A DNA stretch of 62,846 bases from assembly GCF_016433145.1 (NCBI RefSeq), contig NC_058133.1:195801243-195864088 (forward strand). Direction: 5' to 3'. Numbering within the stretch: the stretch's first letter is position 1; each line of letters begins with the position of its first letter. This DNA comes from Gracilinanus agilis. Lineage: Eukaryota. The notes under the pieces were generated by a model. It saw only the letters and a list, made by a program, of their open reading frames with translations, was not told the origin of the DNA and made no database searches. The translations under genes and the position numbers were made by a program. Below are positions 12,379 through 27,829 of this stretch, one piece after another.

Positions 12379-13468
12379 CTGCTGGCACAGACCTGGGGAC
12401 CAGCCCCCGAGGCACCTGAGAAGGAGAGAAACGATGAATCTTAGCCCAGGTAGGAGGTCAAGACAGGGAAGTCTGCCGCACCACACACGGAACAGAACCC
12501 ATTCTGAGGAGCGTGATCTCAGTCAGCGAGGGGCAAGCACAAGCACCTACCTGGCTTACGGATGCCCCTGTGCCCGGAGGCTCCCCGCAGCCCCTACCGC
12601 CTCCTCCTCGAACCCCGGCTCAGTCCTCGGTCCTACAACTAACTTCATCCCCGGCGCCCTCCTGGCGCCAGCACTCCCTTCCCCCAGCCCGGCTCACCCC
12701 ATTACCCTGCCCCTGTCCCGGCTCTCCCCTTCCCAGACCCCTGAGCTGCGCTCTGCGGTTCCCTCTTCCCCTCCCCTTCCATGGGACGCCTAATCATCCC
12801 GGCTGCCCGGAAGATTGCTACCGCCCCCCACCACCACCGTGCCGTGTCCCCCAAAGTCCTCGGTCTGCTTCCCCCTCCCTTCTCCTCCCCTCCCCTCCCC
12901 AGCCCCAGACTCTGGCAGCCCCTGTACCTTTAACAACACCTCCATGTGCGTATTGACGGCAGTGACTACATTTCCTGGTCTCTTTGTTCCCGCCCCCTTC
13001 GGCGCTCCCCATTGGTGCCGAGGCTCTGTTTTTCCCGTTCCAATTGGCCCCGTTCCCGGAAGACTCAAGCCAATGACCTTTCCGTGTTGTTCCCCCGCTC
13101 CCCCGACCCTGGGCTCTCATTGGATTCCAGGGTGGGGGGCGGGGCCGGCGGGAGGTTAGACAAGTGACAAAACCCTCGGATTAGGGAAAAAGCGAAGGTT
13201 CGGAAGCTGAGTCAGATCTTGTCGCAGAGGTGGGAGAAGGAATTAAAAAAAACAAAAAGAGAGGGGAGTGGGGAAAGTGGGGGAGGGGCGAGGGCCGGCG
13301 GTTCTCGCGTACATGCGAAGAGGCGTCACATGGCCTTGCGGTCGCCATGACGACCCGACTTGGTAGCAAGGCGGGCCTCGCGCTGCGGGCGTCGTGACGT
13401 GTGAAACAGGCTGCGGGCTTGCGGGCAAGATCTCTTACCTCTGCTGCAGGTGTGCGGTCTGAGCGGTC

Positions 13469-16621
<3,153 letters not shown>

Positions 16622-17074
16622 TTGTCTGATGGCTGGTGATTGGATCCTCTCAGCTCACAGCTGGAAACTGGAACAGAGTGGTGAGAAATACAAGGAAAGT
16701 TCCCATCAGGCTCTAAGCAGAGCCCCCTTACTATACATTCAGAGCCTTGCCAGCTTGGTCACCTAAGCACTTTGTTATTAAGTCAACTTTAATTTATTCA
16801 TGGTTAGTAACAGGTAATGAAGAGTACCCAAAAAACAATCCAAAATTGGATAATCCAAAAATCATTTCTGTTTGAGCTTGAGTGTTTACAGGAGGATATG
16901 CACATATGTTTTTGGGCAACAAAGTTACCAGTAACTAACTTCAAATATGTGAAGCTTTGTCATTCATGATGAAGAGAAATTATATTTACTCAGTTTATCC
17001 CTAAAAAAACAGATGTAGAGCCAGTGGCTAGACATCATAGAGAAGTTAGTATCTTCCGTAAGAATATCCTGGAG

Positions 17075-17255
17075 GGGGGGGGGCAGCTGGGTAGCTCAAT
17101 GGATTGAGAGCCAGGCCTAGAGACGGGAGGTCCTAGGTTCAAATCGGGCAGCTGTGGTACCCTGGGCAAGTCACTTGACCCCCATTGCCCACCCTTACCA
17201 CTCTTTCACCTAGGAGCCATACACAGAAGTTAAGGGTTTAAAAAAATGTAAAAAA
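17075..17255 (+). mobile_element. Opossum SINE1-type element
   Basis: tRNA-like head gggcagctgggtagctcaatggattgagagccaggcc, CORE-like body, and tail ending aagggtttaaaa. Confidence 0.85.
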
Positions 17256-17291
17256 AGAATCTCCTAGCAGGGATTCCAGAATGGTGTAAAC

Positions 17292-17496
17292 CAGTGATGG
17301 GCAAACTTTTTTAAAGAGGGGGCCAAAGGAAAGGAAATGCTCATCTGTCAGTCTGTTTTTAAGGCAACTCTTTCGAAGTTTCATTGTCTTGTATCCCACT
17401 CATTGTATTCATCAGATTAGGAATAATGTCACATTTCAGGGCTCTCCCCACCCCCACCCCCCATCTGGCCTGAAGGCTGTAATTTGCCCATCACTG
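17292..17496. mobile_element. Non-autonomous hAT (Charlie-like) DNA transposon / MITE
   Basis: Terminal inverted repeats CAGTGATGGGCAAA...TTTGCCCATCACTG, with a perfect 8-bp TSD GTGTAAAC at 17284-17291 and 17497-17504. Confidence 0.9.
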
Positions 17497-18235
17497 GTGT
17501 AAACAATCAGACTACATGAGCTCTACTTTTTTCCTATTCTAAAATTGACTTGAATCAATAGTAATTATAAAATTGCACGATTATGAAATCATTTTGCCAG
17601 ATCCTGGTGGGGTTAGGTCTAGTAGGCTGGGAGGAATCCAGGATGGTCTTCAGTCTTTACTGTGAGGCAGCTACATGGGAGAAAAAGTTGCTTGCTGCTT
17701 GTACTCATTGATGTTGCCTTGTCTACTTTGTGAACATGTGTATGGTTTCCTGGATAGCCAAACCTGCCTGTGTCTCCCTACCCCAGTTGTAAGCTTCAGA
17801 GTTTGAATCAGCAGGCCACAGCTCATACTCACAGGAGCCTGTTGTTGTAAGAGCCCCTGAGCTAAGAATAGTTTAAAGTTTTTCTGTTTTTAAAAATTCC
17901 TTAGCTCCCAAGCCCTTGGGGCCAGATTTGATCCTCAGGCCACAGTTTGTACCTTGCTGCTCGAGAGGAGCCCATAGTTTCCTTGAGTCTGCACGGCTGC
18001 ACAAGCTGGGGGTAGGAGCCTAATCTGTCTCCCCTTACCCTTCCTTTCAATGCCCATAATACTGTGCCATATTGAGTGGATTCCAGGCAGAACAGTATGT
18101 GAGTGTGTGTCGGTGTGTCTCAATGTGCAATATGGTCTGGTGGTCAGGCCCTGTGTTATCCCTTCTCAGCCTGCCCTAGTCCCTGGATGCCACTCTGGCC
18201 TCTGCTTATGTTCCAGCCTCTTGTACCAGTTCTGT

Positions 18236-18241
18236 AATAAA
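18236..18241 (+). terminator. Probable PNPO polyadenylation signal
   Basis: First AATAAA I found downstream of the PNPO stop, followed by pyrimidine/GU-rich sequence. Confidence 0.55.
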
Positions 18242-21200
18242 GTCTTCAGCTGTGCTGTTTAATGGTCACCTCTCTTGCTATCCAAGCTCTGTGCCCTCCT
18301 GATAGTGGGTGGGGACGCATGAGTCATTCTCCTCCCCTCTCTCCTCTGCTTCCTGCTGGAGTTAAGGAGGGTCAAGGCTAAGGGAACCTCCATCCCTGTC
18401 CAGTAGAGGGAGCTGGCTACCCAGGATTGGTCTCTATCAGGTGGATTCCAGTTCTGGCTGGTCCCCCTCCAGTAGTGTTGGGTCCTGGCCCAGTGAAACT
18501 GCTACCCAGATAACCCCTGGCCTCTCCCAGTTCCAGCACATATTTGCACTCTCAGTTCCTCCTCCTCCCCTTCTTTCCCTTGCTTCTTCATCTCCTCCTT
18601 CCAGACTGTCACCCTATCCCTGAGGGAGAGCTCACTGCAGGGGGCACCCAGGGAGGGCAAGACTGCTGAATAGTACCTCCCAGCAGAGATGGGGCCTTTC
18701 TTCTGGGGGGGGGGGCAGTCAGTGACTGCAGAGGAGAAGGAAGGGTAGGAGTGGTAGAGGGCTGTGACTATCAGTAGGAGCTCAAGCTAGTGGTGGGACT
18801 GGGATGACCCCAGAATCTCTACCCTCCCTGTTACATCAGTAACTAATCTCAGTGAAATAGGCTCCAGGTTGGAGGCCAGTAGAGGGTAGGCCCGGTTTCT
18901 CTCCTCAGGAGTTATCTCCTCTGCTTTCTAAGCTGGCTTTTCCCCAGCACCTCAGAGGAAACAGAAAACGAAGCTTCTGTCACCTGTTCCCACACAGGAC
19001 CTATTCAATCAGGAGAGGATAACTTACCTGCAAGAATTCTATCTTCCTCCCCACCACCACCCAAAAAACCACCAATAGTGAGTGATTTAAATGTATGGGG
19101 TTTTGTCACCCACTAGAAAAAATGAGGTGAGGAGTTTCCCTTGTTAGAATAAAGAGAATGTGATGAGGGACTTCAGGTGTGAATTCAGATAAAGTGTTTG
19201 GCAAGCCTTGGAAGGAAGCAACATGAGTGACCATTGTTATAGAACCCCAAGGTACACAAAGTCTGGGAGAAGAAAAGGAATGTCAAAGCTAGTCTAGCCC
19301 TTCCCCCTACCTCCCTCACTCCCAAGTTCCCCACTGGCCAGGGTGAGGCACCATGACAAAGGTCTCCTTGTACCATAAGCCCCAGTTTGTTTTGAAAATA
19401 AATTTCCTGGGAAACAGTTTCTGAGCAGCTGTTCCCTAGGGGAGGGTGGCCCAGTAGGCATTGAGGTTTGAATATAAGCTGCAGGGTGGCATTGTTTGGT
19501 CAACCTTCCTGCTGTTCTCACTCTCCAAGTTCAAGGGATATGGCTCATTCTTTTTTATCCTTGATTTCTTTCCATTTACACAGGCAAAGCCTGGACCCGA
19601 GGACCTAGTGAGAAAGATTGGAACATATCTCTAGGCAGGGTTCCCTTATAGCCCCTGGAGATGTTGAAAGTGAGAAGTGAAATTTATTATTGAAGGGAAC
19701 CATCTTCCAAGATTTAGCCTTTTTCAATTTGTTGACCTCAGATTTGTTATGAATGGTAGACAGATAACTTTAGCTTCCATTACAGTGGCCCAACTATGCC
19801 CCCATAGGATATGGCTACAGTGAAAGTGGAGTTTGTCAGTAAACTGGAGGATATTAAAACTAGTCCCCTCACAGCCTGATACTTCCTAGGAGGTAGTTTT
19901 AGAGCAAATAAGAGGAGCTACCAATTTACAAAGCAGACAGAAAGTTTCTTTAGAAATCCTGAATATATACACATACACACACTCCAGGCCATGGTTCATG
20001 GGGGCTTTAAAAAAAAGGCAATCACAGGAGTGAAAAGCCCATAAGAAACCATGAAGGGTGAATGAGAGATGCTTCTGTGGTGAGGACAGAACAGCATTTA
20101 GGGCTATTCTCTGAGCCAGAGCTGCACATGCTTGTTTTTTTATATTCCGATTGACCCAGATCTGTAAATAGGAGATGTGGAGCAGGTAAATTATGGGACA
20201 GATTGTGGCAGCTTTCTGGAGTTCTTCTATTCAGTTTTTATTCTTTTCATTTTTTTAAACCCTTACTTTCTGTCTTAGGAATAACTCTTAAGACCGAAGG
20301 ACAAGGGTTAAGCAAATAGGATTAAGTGACTTGCCCAGGTTTTTTTACACAATTAGAAAGTGTCTGAGGCCAGATTTGAACCCAGGTCTTCTTGTAGCCA
20401 GGCTTGCTCTATCCACTGTGCCACCTAGCTGCCCCACTTTTTTTCATCCAGGGCTGATAAATGGTGGCCCCTAACTTTGGGTCAAGCAGGTGGAAGAGAC
20501 CATACCTCTGCCCAGCCTTCAGCTCCAGTGACTGCCATCATAAAGACTTTCCATTTTCAAGTTTCAAGGCATGTTTATTACCAAAAAGAAATTTATGACC
20601 AAACTATAAAAACAAAAAATTCAAGGCCCAAGATGTCATTCGGGGGCTACATATTCTGGTAGGGAGAGTTGATGGGTGGGAGCATCTTCGTTTCCCTGAG
20701 CAGGAATCTTTTGGAGCTGTGTAGCTCCCCCTTTGTCACTGTTTCTCAACATACCTAGAAGACAGTATCTCTGGCAGGAACTTATATTTACCAATCTGTC
20801 TCTTTGGGGTCTTAAATGGAAAGTTAAGAGACCCTCTTCTGGCTACATTTTAAGGCAAAGTTCCAGAAAGTGCAAAAGGAGGTGAAGTAAAGGGTTGAAA
20901 TTCTACTGCCTTGAATGCTGGAGAAGAGACTACATCTTCACTCCATGTAGAAAAAATTCCCACAGGAAAAAGGCTTTGGGTGAAAGTGGAGGAGGGAGCA
21001 GCAATTCAAACTTGACCCTGATCCTTGTTTCTGTGGAATAGGAATGGCACTTCACGGCACTTCACCTTCACCCATCCCTCCCTCCCGGCAGGCACTGCCT
21101 AAAACTATAATGAGGATTGACCCTCTCTTTCTTTCCAGAGACAATCCTTGAACTGAGGAGGACCCTACATGTGGGGGTGAGGACAGGCCCAGTCCTCCCG

Positions 21201-21397
21201 GGCCAACCTTTGCCTAGTATAGAGTTGTGCGTCTATAAATAATAGAGACATTTCCTTGCCCACAGGCATGGAGGCCAACAGAGGACACCCTGCAAAGCCT
21301 GGGCTGTAGGCAGAGAGGCTGGAGTGTCAGTTTTCCTTTTCAGAATCCAGCTGATGGTAGGAAAGAGGGAGGTACCTAGCATCCCCCTTCTCACTCT

Positions 21398-21700
21398 TCA
21401 CTGTCCTTTCCCATCTCCATCATCAAAGAGGCTAGGGTTTTCTGCCAGAGTGGCTCGAACCTTCTTCTTCTCCTTAAATCGGCCAGAATTGGAAACCTTG
21501 ACATGTTTGCCCTTGGTGTTCTTGTCCACAATTTTCTCTAGCCGGGCATTAAAGTCACTGTTAGGACTTTCTCCGTCAGGTCGGGTGGGCTCAGTACCTC
21601 CGTCTAGGTGGGCATAAGTGTCTGGGCTCTCATACAACACCTTGGGAGTTGACTTTTTTTTGCGCAAAAAGGTCAGCTTCCACCAGCCAACGTCTGCCAT
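21398..21700 (-). CDS. PRR15L: Proline-rich protein 15-like, 100 aa, single coding exon
   Basis: [30 protein letters not shown]...[45 protein letters not shown] matches the PRR15L/ATAD4 sequence I recall. Acceptor ccaacag| at 21731; expected syntenic position. Confidence 0.95.
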   Translation of the reverse strand: MADVGWWKLTFLRKKKSTPKVLYESPDTYAHLDGGTEPTRPDGESPNSDFNARLEKIVDKNTKGKHVKVSNSGRFKEKKKVRATLAENPSLFDDGDGKGQ

Positions 21701-22082
21701 GATTCCCCGGGGCAGAATGCTCAAAGGAGACCTGTTGGTGCCAATGTTAAGGGAAACATACAGACATCAGTCAAAAGATAAGATGGGGTGGCAAAATCCA
21801 AGTCTCTTCCCTTTGCCCCCTTGCCTAACTCAGAATCCCAGTCTATTTTATCATGGGCCTAAAAAATGCCATCCTGAGTATAATGGGAATCTAGAGAAGT
21901 AAGCATTTGAGTGAAAATGCTGAACATTTTCAGAATGCTTTTACTTGTCTTTCAAACTCATAGTGCCATTGCCATGGTGATTTCAACCAGCAGAATTGCT
22001 TTGAGGTCACATTGGCCAGCTGAAAAAAACAGGCCCAGGCAAACAGGAAAAAATAAACAGGGAAACACTTAGAAAAGTAGTT

Positions 22083-23015
22083 GGAGGCGGGCAGCAAGGT
22101 AGCAGAGTGAATAGATCTCCAAGTCTGGAGTCAGAAGTACCAATGTTCAAATGTGACCAGATACTTCCCAGTCATGTGACTTCTAACCCCCATTGGCTAG
22201 CCCTTAGCCCTATCTGCCTTAGAATTGATACTAAGAGAGGCAGCCAAGTGGCTCAGTGGATTGCAAGCAAGGTCCTAAGTTCAAATGTGGCCTCACAGGC
22301 TTCCTAACTCTGTGATCCTGGGCAAGTCGCTTAACTCCCATTGCCTTTCCTTTACCATTCTTCTGCCTTGGAACCAGGACACAGTATCAATTTTTTTTTT
22401 TAAACCCTAGTACTTTCGGTGTATTGTCTCATAGGTGGAAGATTGGTAAGGGTGGGCAATGGGGGTCAAGTGACCTGCCCAGGGTCACACAGCTGGGAAG
22501 TGGCTGAGGCTGGGTTTGAACCTAGGACCTATCAATTTTTTTTTTAAACCCTTACCTTCCTTCTTGGAGTCAATACTGTCTATTGGCTCCAAGACAGAAG
22601 AGTGATAAGGGTAGACAGTGGGGGTCAAGTGACTTGCCCAGGGTCACATAGCTGGGAAGTGTCTGAGGCCAGACTTGAACCCAGGACCTCCCGTCTCTAG
22701 GCCTGGCTCTCAATCCACTGAGCTACCCAGCTGCCCCTCCCCCCAGTATCAATTCTAGGGTAGAAGGTAAGGGTTTTTTAAAAAGAAAAAGAGTGGGGGC
22801 AGCTGGGTAGCTCAGTGGATTGAGAGCCAGGCCTAGAGACGGGAGGTCCTAGGTTCAAATCTGGCCTCAGACACTTCCCAGCTGTGTGACCCTGGGCAAG
22901 TCACTTGACCCCCATTGCCTACCCTTACCACTCTTCTGCCTTGGAGCCAATACACAGTACTGACTCCAAGAAGGAAGGTAAGGGTTTAAAAAAAAAAAAA
23001 AAGAAAAAGAAAAAG
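22083..23015. mobile_element. Cluster of nested and adjacent SINE1-type elements
   Basis: A plus-strand SINE (about 22237) is interrupted by two minus-strand SINEs (TSD cagtatcaatt at 22382 and 22744). Another plus copy follows at about 22795-23000, flanked by aaaagaaaaagagt. Confidence 0.8.
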
Positions 23016-26000
23016 AGTTAAGAAACACAAAGAGAATCAGCTCATATAGGAGTTAGGAACACAGTCATCTAGTCTAGGGGCTCTTACCCCTTATGTATAA
23101 CACAGACTGCTTGGAACAATGTCTGGTGAAGCCTATGGATTCCTCAGGACAGTGTTTTTAAATACATAGGATTACCAAGGAAACCAATTGTTTTGAAATA
23201 TTGTCAATAACAAGTTCATGATCCCCAGGTTAAGAATCTGATGGAGTCCAACACTCATTTTCTAGAGGAGGAAACAGATGCAGAAGAGTGACTTGCCCAG
23301 CATCCCAGCAGGCAGTGGCAGGACTGGGTCCTTTCCAACACAGCTGATGGCCTAACCTGCTGGACACAGGCCCCCAGAGCATCAGGCTTCGTACCAACAG
23401 CTACATGGACAGATGCTAATGTCATAGATCATTTGGGGGGTATAAATTTGTTTCATTTGAAATCCTAAATAAGGGACACAGTTCTGTGGCTACATTGCAG
23501 GCAAGACATAGGGACCAATAAAGTGGCAGGAAGCCTTTTGCACAGGTGTCTGTAAAGTGGCTTTGGAGGCTTGGTGGTAGTCTCCAACCAGTCCCTGCCC
23601 ACCACAGACACCTCTTTCACTTCTCTCTTCCCTCTTATCCTCTGAAGTTTTAGGCCTTTCAGTGGTGACCTCCTCAGCCAAGGGAGGCAGAGACTAGTCT
23701 CAGTGATGGCCCCACCACCAAGATTTCTGACCTCTGAGCTGGGAGTCAGGAGACCCTGGCTTTAGCCCCGTTCTACAACCGACTTTGGGCAAGAGTTCTA
23801 TCATTGTGCCTCAGCTTCTTCCTCTTTCAAATAAGACTCTAACAGAATGATCCCTATTTCCCAATCCAAGTTAAGACTAGATCATTCTCTTAAAGTCTTT
23901 CAATAAATATTTTTCTTTTTTCTTTTTTTTATTTTTTAAACCCTTCCTTTTGTTTTAGTTGCAGTTTTGTTGTTTGTTTTTTTTTTAACTTTTACCTTAT
24001 GTCTTAGAATTGATACTGTGTATTGGTTCCAAGGTAGAAGATTGGTCAGGGCTAGGCAACTGGGGTTAAGAGACTTGCCCAGGGTCACACAACTAGGAAG
24101 TACCTGAGGGCAGATTGGAACCCAGGACCTCCTGATTCTAAGCCTGGATCTTAATCTTCTGAGCCACCTACCTGCCCCCTTAGTATGGATTCCAAGACAC
24201 AAGGACAACAAGGGCTAGGAAGTTGGGGTTAAATGAAAGTGACTTGCCTTGTTTACACAGCTAGGAAGTATCTGAGGCCAGATATGAACCCAGATCCTCT
24301 TGTCTCCAGGCCTGGCTTTCTATTTGCTGTGCTACCTAATTGCCCCCAGTAAACTTTTCTGAATTGTATGAAATGTTCCATGGTAGACACTGGGGAAAAT
24401 ATAAAGACATTTATCTTTAAATCTCCCCCCATACAATGCAGTGTTAGGGCTGGAGTGAAGACTGAATGAACAATAGTCATTCAAGTGTTTGAATTGACCA
24501 CTGTAATGGAATCGAATCCTTTAGCAGAAATGTTCAGCATATAAGCAGTTGTGATTGAAAAAAAAAACAGAGTTTTCCATTAATTTTAATAAGGCATTAG
24601 ATAAAATTGTTGGGAGCTTTTGAAAAGATAGTCAAGGAGCTATTGTGGTTTGGTTTGGTTTTTTTAAGTCTGTCTGCCCATCCTTTTTCAGAGGATACAG
24701 TTAGATCAGGGCAAGGGGATGTGATGGAGAGAATACTAGGCTCTTATTCAGGAAAGATTTGGGTTCTAGCTGTGTGACCTTGTGTTAATCTCTCTGAGCC
24801 TAAGTGCCCTAGAAATGTAAGTTGTATTTGAAAGGACAATGAAAAGTAAATATGGGGAGTGATGATTATTAGATTTTTCCACAAGGACTTTGAAGGGAAT
24901 TGGGAAACTTGGGTTTGTTAAAGGAAGGATTGGCTAGGTTAAGGTTGTCCTGGATGGAGAAGATGATGTGGGGCTGGAGTACAGGGCAGGGGAAGGTGAA
25001 ATGGGGAAAAGGAAAAGGAGACAAAATAAATTGAAAAACAGCCAAGGCAGGAATAGGCAATGAACCAAGAGATAGTGCAGCATGAATCCCAAAGAATCCA
25101 AAGGGAGAAATTGGGACTCTGATATGGAAAACCAGAAAGGGACTGAGGAAGAGCTGAGAGGAAAGCCATATGGTGAGATCAGAAAGGTATATACCAAACT
25201 GAATAAAGCTAATGGGTCATCTCCCCTTAAGACCAGGAGACCCAAGTGTGGGAGATGGAATGAGTCCATTGAAACCCTCCAGCCAGCCATGTTGCCCACC
25301 CTCTCCCCACAGCAGATCCAACAGGTTCCCTTCTGCCTATTTGTCCAAGGTGGGTGTTCCCCACTCTGCCTCCTCCCTTCTCCATCTGTAGACTATGAAG
25401 CCAACATCAGGCACCAGGAGGTAATTTGAGGAGGTCTCAAAGAGCTTAGGGGAGTGGGGGAAGGAAGAAACCAGTTAATTCTTCTTGGGAGTGGCCAAAT
25501 TAATGCTTTCCAATGACAGTTGCCCACCTAGGGAGGAGGGCATACTGAGGGGACAGTCTAGAAAGTATACTTTGGCAAATTGCCCCCAAATCTGGGCATA
25601 GTACAGCCTTGTACGGGACTAGGTGTTCCAGAACGACTCCTGGAAGGAGCCTGAAAGGCAGGAAGGGCAGAGCCACTGTGATCTGTGGATGGGATACTGC
25701 ACACCTTTTTTCTTCCCCAGTCATTGTGGAAGTAGGGGCAAATTTCAGTCTCCCAGTTTTGTCAAACAGACCCAGACTAGGGTAGGAAGATCCAGCTCAC
25801 TGCATCGACTTGTGCCACAAAACAATCCCTGCCCCCATTTCTCTTGGAGGGAGCAGCACCCTCTGTGAAAACCATGACACGGTTGGTACTTTGAGCTCAA
25901 TGCAAAGCTCATATTCATTCGGTTTTGTCCCTGGCAAGAAAGGAGGCAAGGAAAAAAAATTCTCCCTATATTAGTCTGTCTGCAGAAAGGAAGCAAAATC

Positions 26001-27829
26001 ATCTCAGAAACTTCCCTGGGCACTTGGGTTTAAATGTTGCCTGTCCTACAGTATCACCTGTTGTCATGCCTCCTAGAGATGCCCCCATCTACCATGGGAG
26101 TAGCATCTGAGCGCCACGATATAAGCCCAAAATGAGAGGGAAAAAAAAGAAAAAGGATACATTTATGGGGCAACCCTATGCTTTACAAAAGCAATTCACA
26201 AGATTCCTTTAAGTAGTCGACTTTAGTGGGGTGGATGGGATTCCACCAATGTCCTCCTCCTGCCATGGAGGTGGCCCAGGATCCGGAAGCCTGTGCCAGG
26301 CCATAAGCTTTGACAAACTGTATGACAACCATCCAAGAAGCTGTTCCGCTAAGCCCATCTGCAGTGTGACTGACTGGAGGGTGATCAACTTTTTGACCAC
26401 AGTAACTCCAGAAAATCTTCAAATAAAGAGGAGAAGGTCAGCCATCTGCATTTCTGGAAGGAAGCACTCCAGGACAAAAACCCGTTTCCTTACAGCATTA
26501 CCACCGTGAGCTGCATAAGGCACTTGGACTGGAATTCTGGCTACAAAAATGTGACAGCTGTATCCAGGGCACCTTCACAAAGGGCACATCTAACACAGCT
26601 GCACCAGGCGAGGGGCCCAAGTACATATGTCTCCAGGACCCGGATGCCCCAAGTCTGTGTTTCTAAGATATTATGCAACGCTGAGGGGCCCTTCCTGAAA
26701 TGCTGAGAGCAAAGTGAAGGGCTTGGCTTCAGCCCTGGGGCCCTGGAATCCATCTCAGAGTAGAAATTACCCCTATCCAGCTTGCCCAGCTGCTTGCACA
26801 ATCCCAAGGGCTCAGACACAGCCTCCAGGGGAATAGAAGCTCCAAGGGAACCCACCCCCAGAGATAAAGAGCAAGGTGAAGCAGTAGCCTAAGTCCTCCC
26901 CAACCTGCTAGCACTCCCTCCAGCGGGCCAAGAAGGCCACAAATCACGTACCCAATAGCCCTGGCTTCATGGAAGAAATGACTCGGGAAAGGACCCCACC
27001 AAGAGGCTCCAACAGGACCGATCCAGCTTCTGTCCCACCCAGCTGAGTGGCTCGATCTTTATCCCATCCACACCCCCTCAAGCCTAGGCACCAGCTCTTC
27101 TTACGTATCGCTGGCCAGAAGTAATAAGTTAACCATTGACTAATATGAGGCCTCCGAGGGAAGGTGAGGGGGTGGGGCTGGGGCCAGGACGTAGCACCCT
27201 GCGGGATTTGAAGGGCACCCGCGCATTCTTCCTCCACCACCAATCTGCAGCTTCCCCAAGGAGCTCTTCGCCACCATGGACAGTCTGAACAGAGACGTTC
27301 TCCGCAGGGGAATGGCGAGCCCATTCACTCCCCTCTTAGACACCCAAGCCCAGCAAGAGTTAAAAGAGAAACACTTCCCAGTGAAACTCCCAGGGGAAGG
27401 GGCAGGGGCGGAGGGGAACCTGCCAGGGACCTGGAACGACTCCAAGCACCCAGGAGACTGAGCCCTGTGTCTGTCCGCCTGCCCAAGGGGAACGGAGATG
27501 CCCGAGTCCCTTTTCCACCCATTGAAACTCAACTGGGCAGTCTGGAGTCGGGGCTGGGAGATGCTCACGTCCCTAGTTTCCCCTGATCCGCCCACCAACT
27601 CTGCCTGTACCTGTTAATCCAGACTTCTCTGGTGGAGACCTTTCCCAGGGAGGGGGTGAGGACAGGAGAGTGAGAATAGGGGAGGCAGGAGTGTCTCTGA
27701 GGTTGTCAGGCAAGGCTTGGAGCCCAGAACGCAGGAGAGCTGAGTGGAGAGGTGGGCTGGGGCAGGAGCGACCACAGGGGCAGCAGATGCATGTCAGGTG
27801 CTGCAGAAACAGGTGCAAGAGCCAGGTAC

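Noticed and set aside
21701-21724. N-terminal MSILPRGI extension of PRR15L from the ORF track
   Set aside because: It starts at a non-ATG codon. The ATG at 21700 matches the known N-terminus.
24860-25430. 115-aa ORF (MNPKESKG...) as a gene or retrocopy
   Set aside because: I recognise no homology or convincing splice structure. It may be a decayed repeat; a BLASTx/Dfam search is needed.
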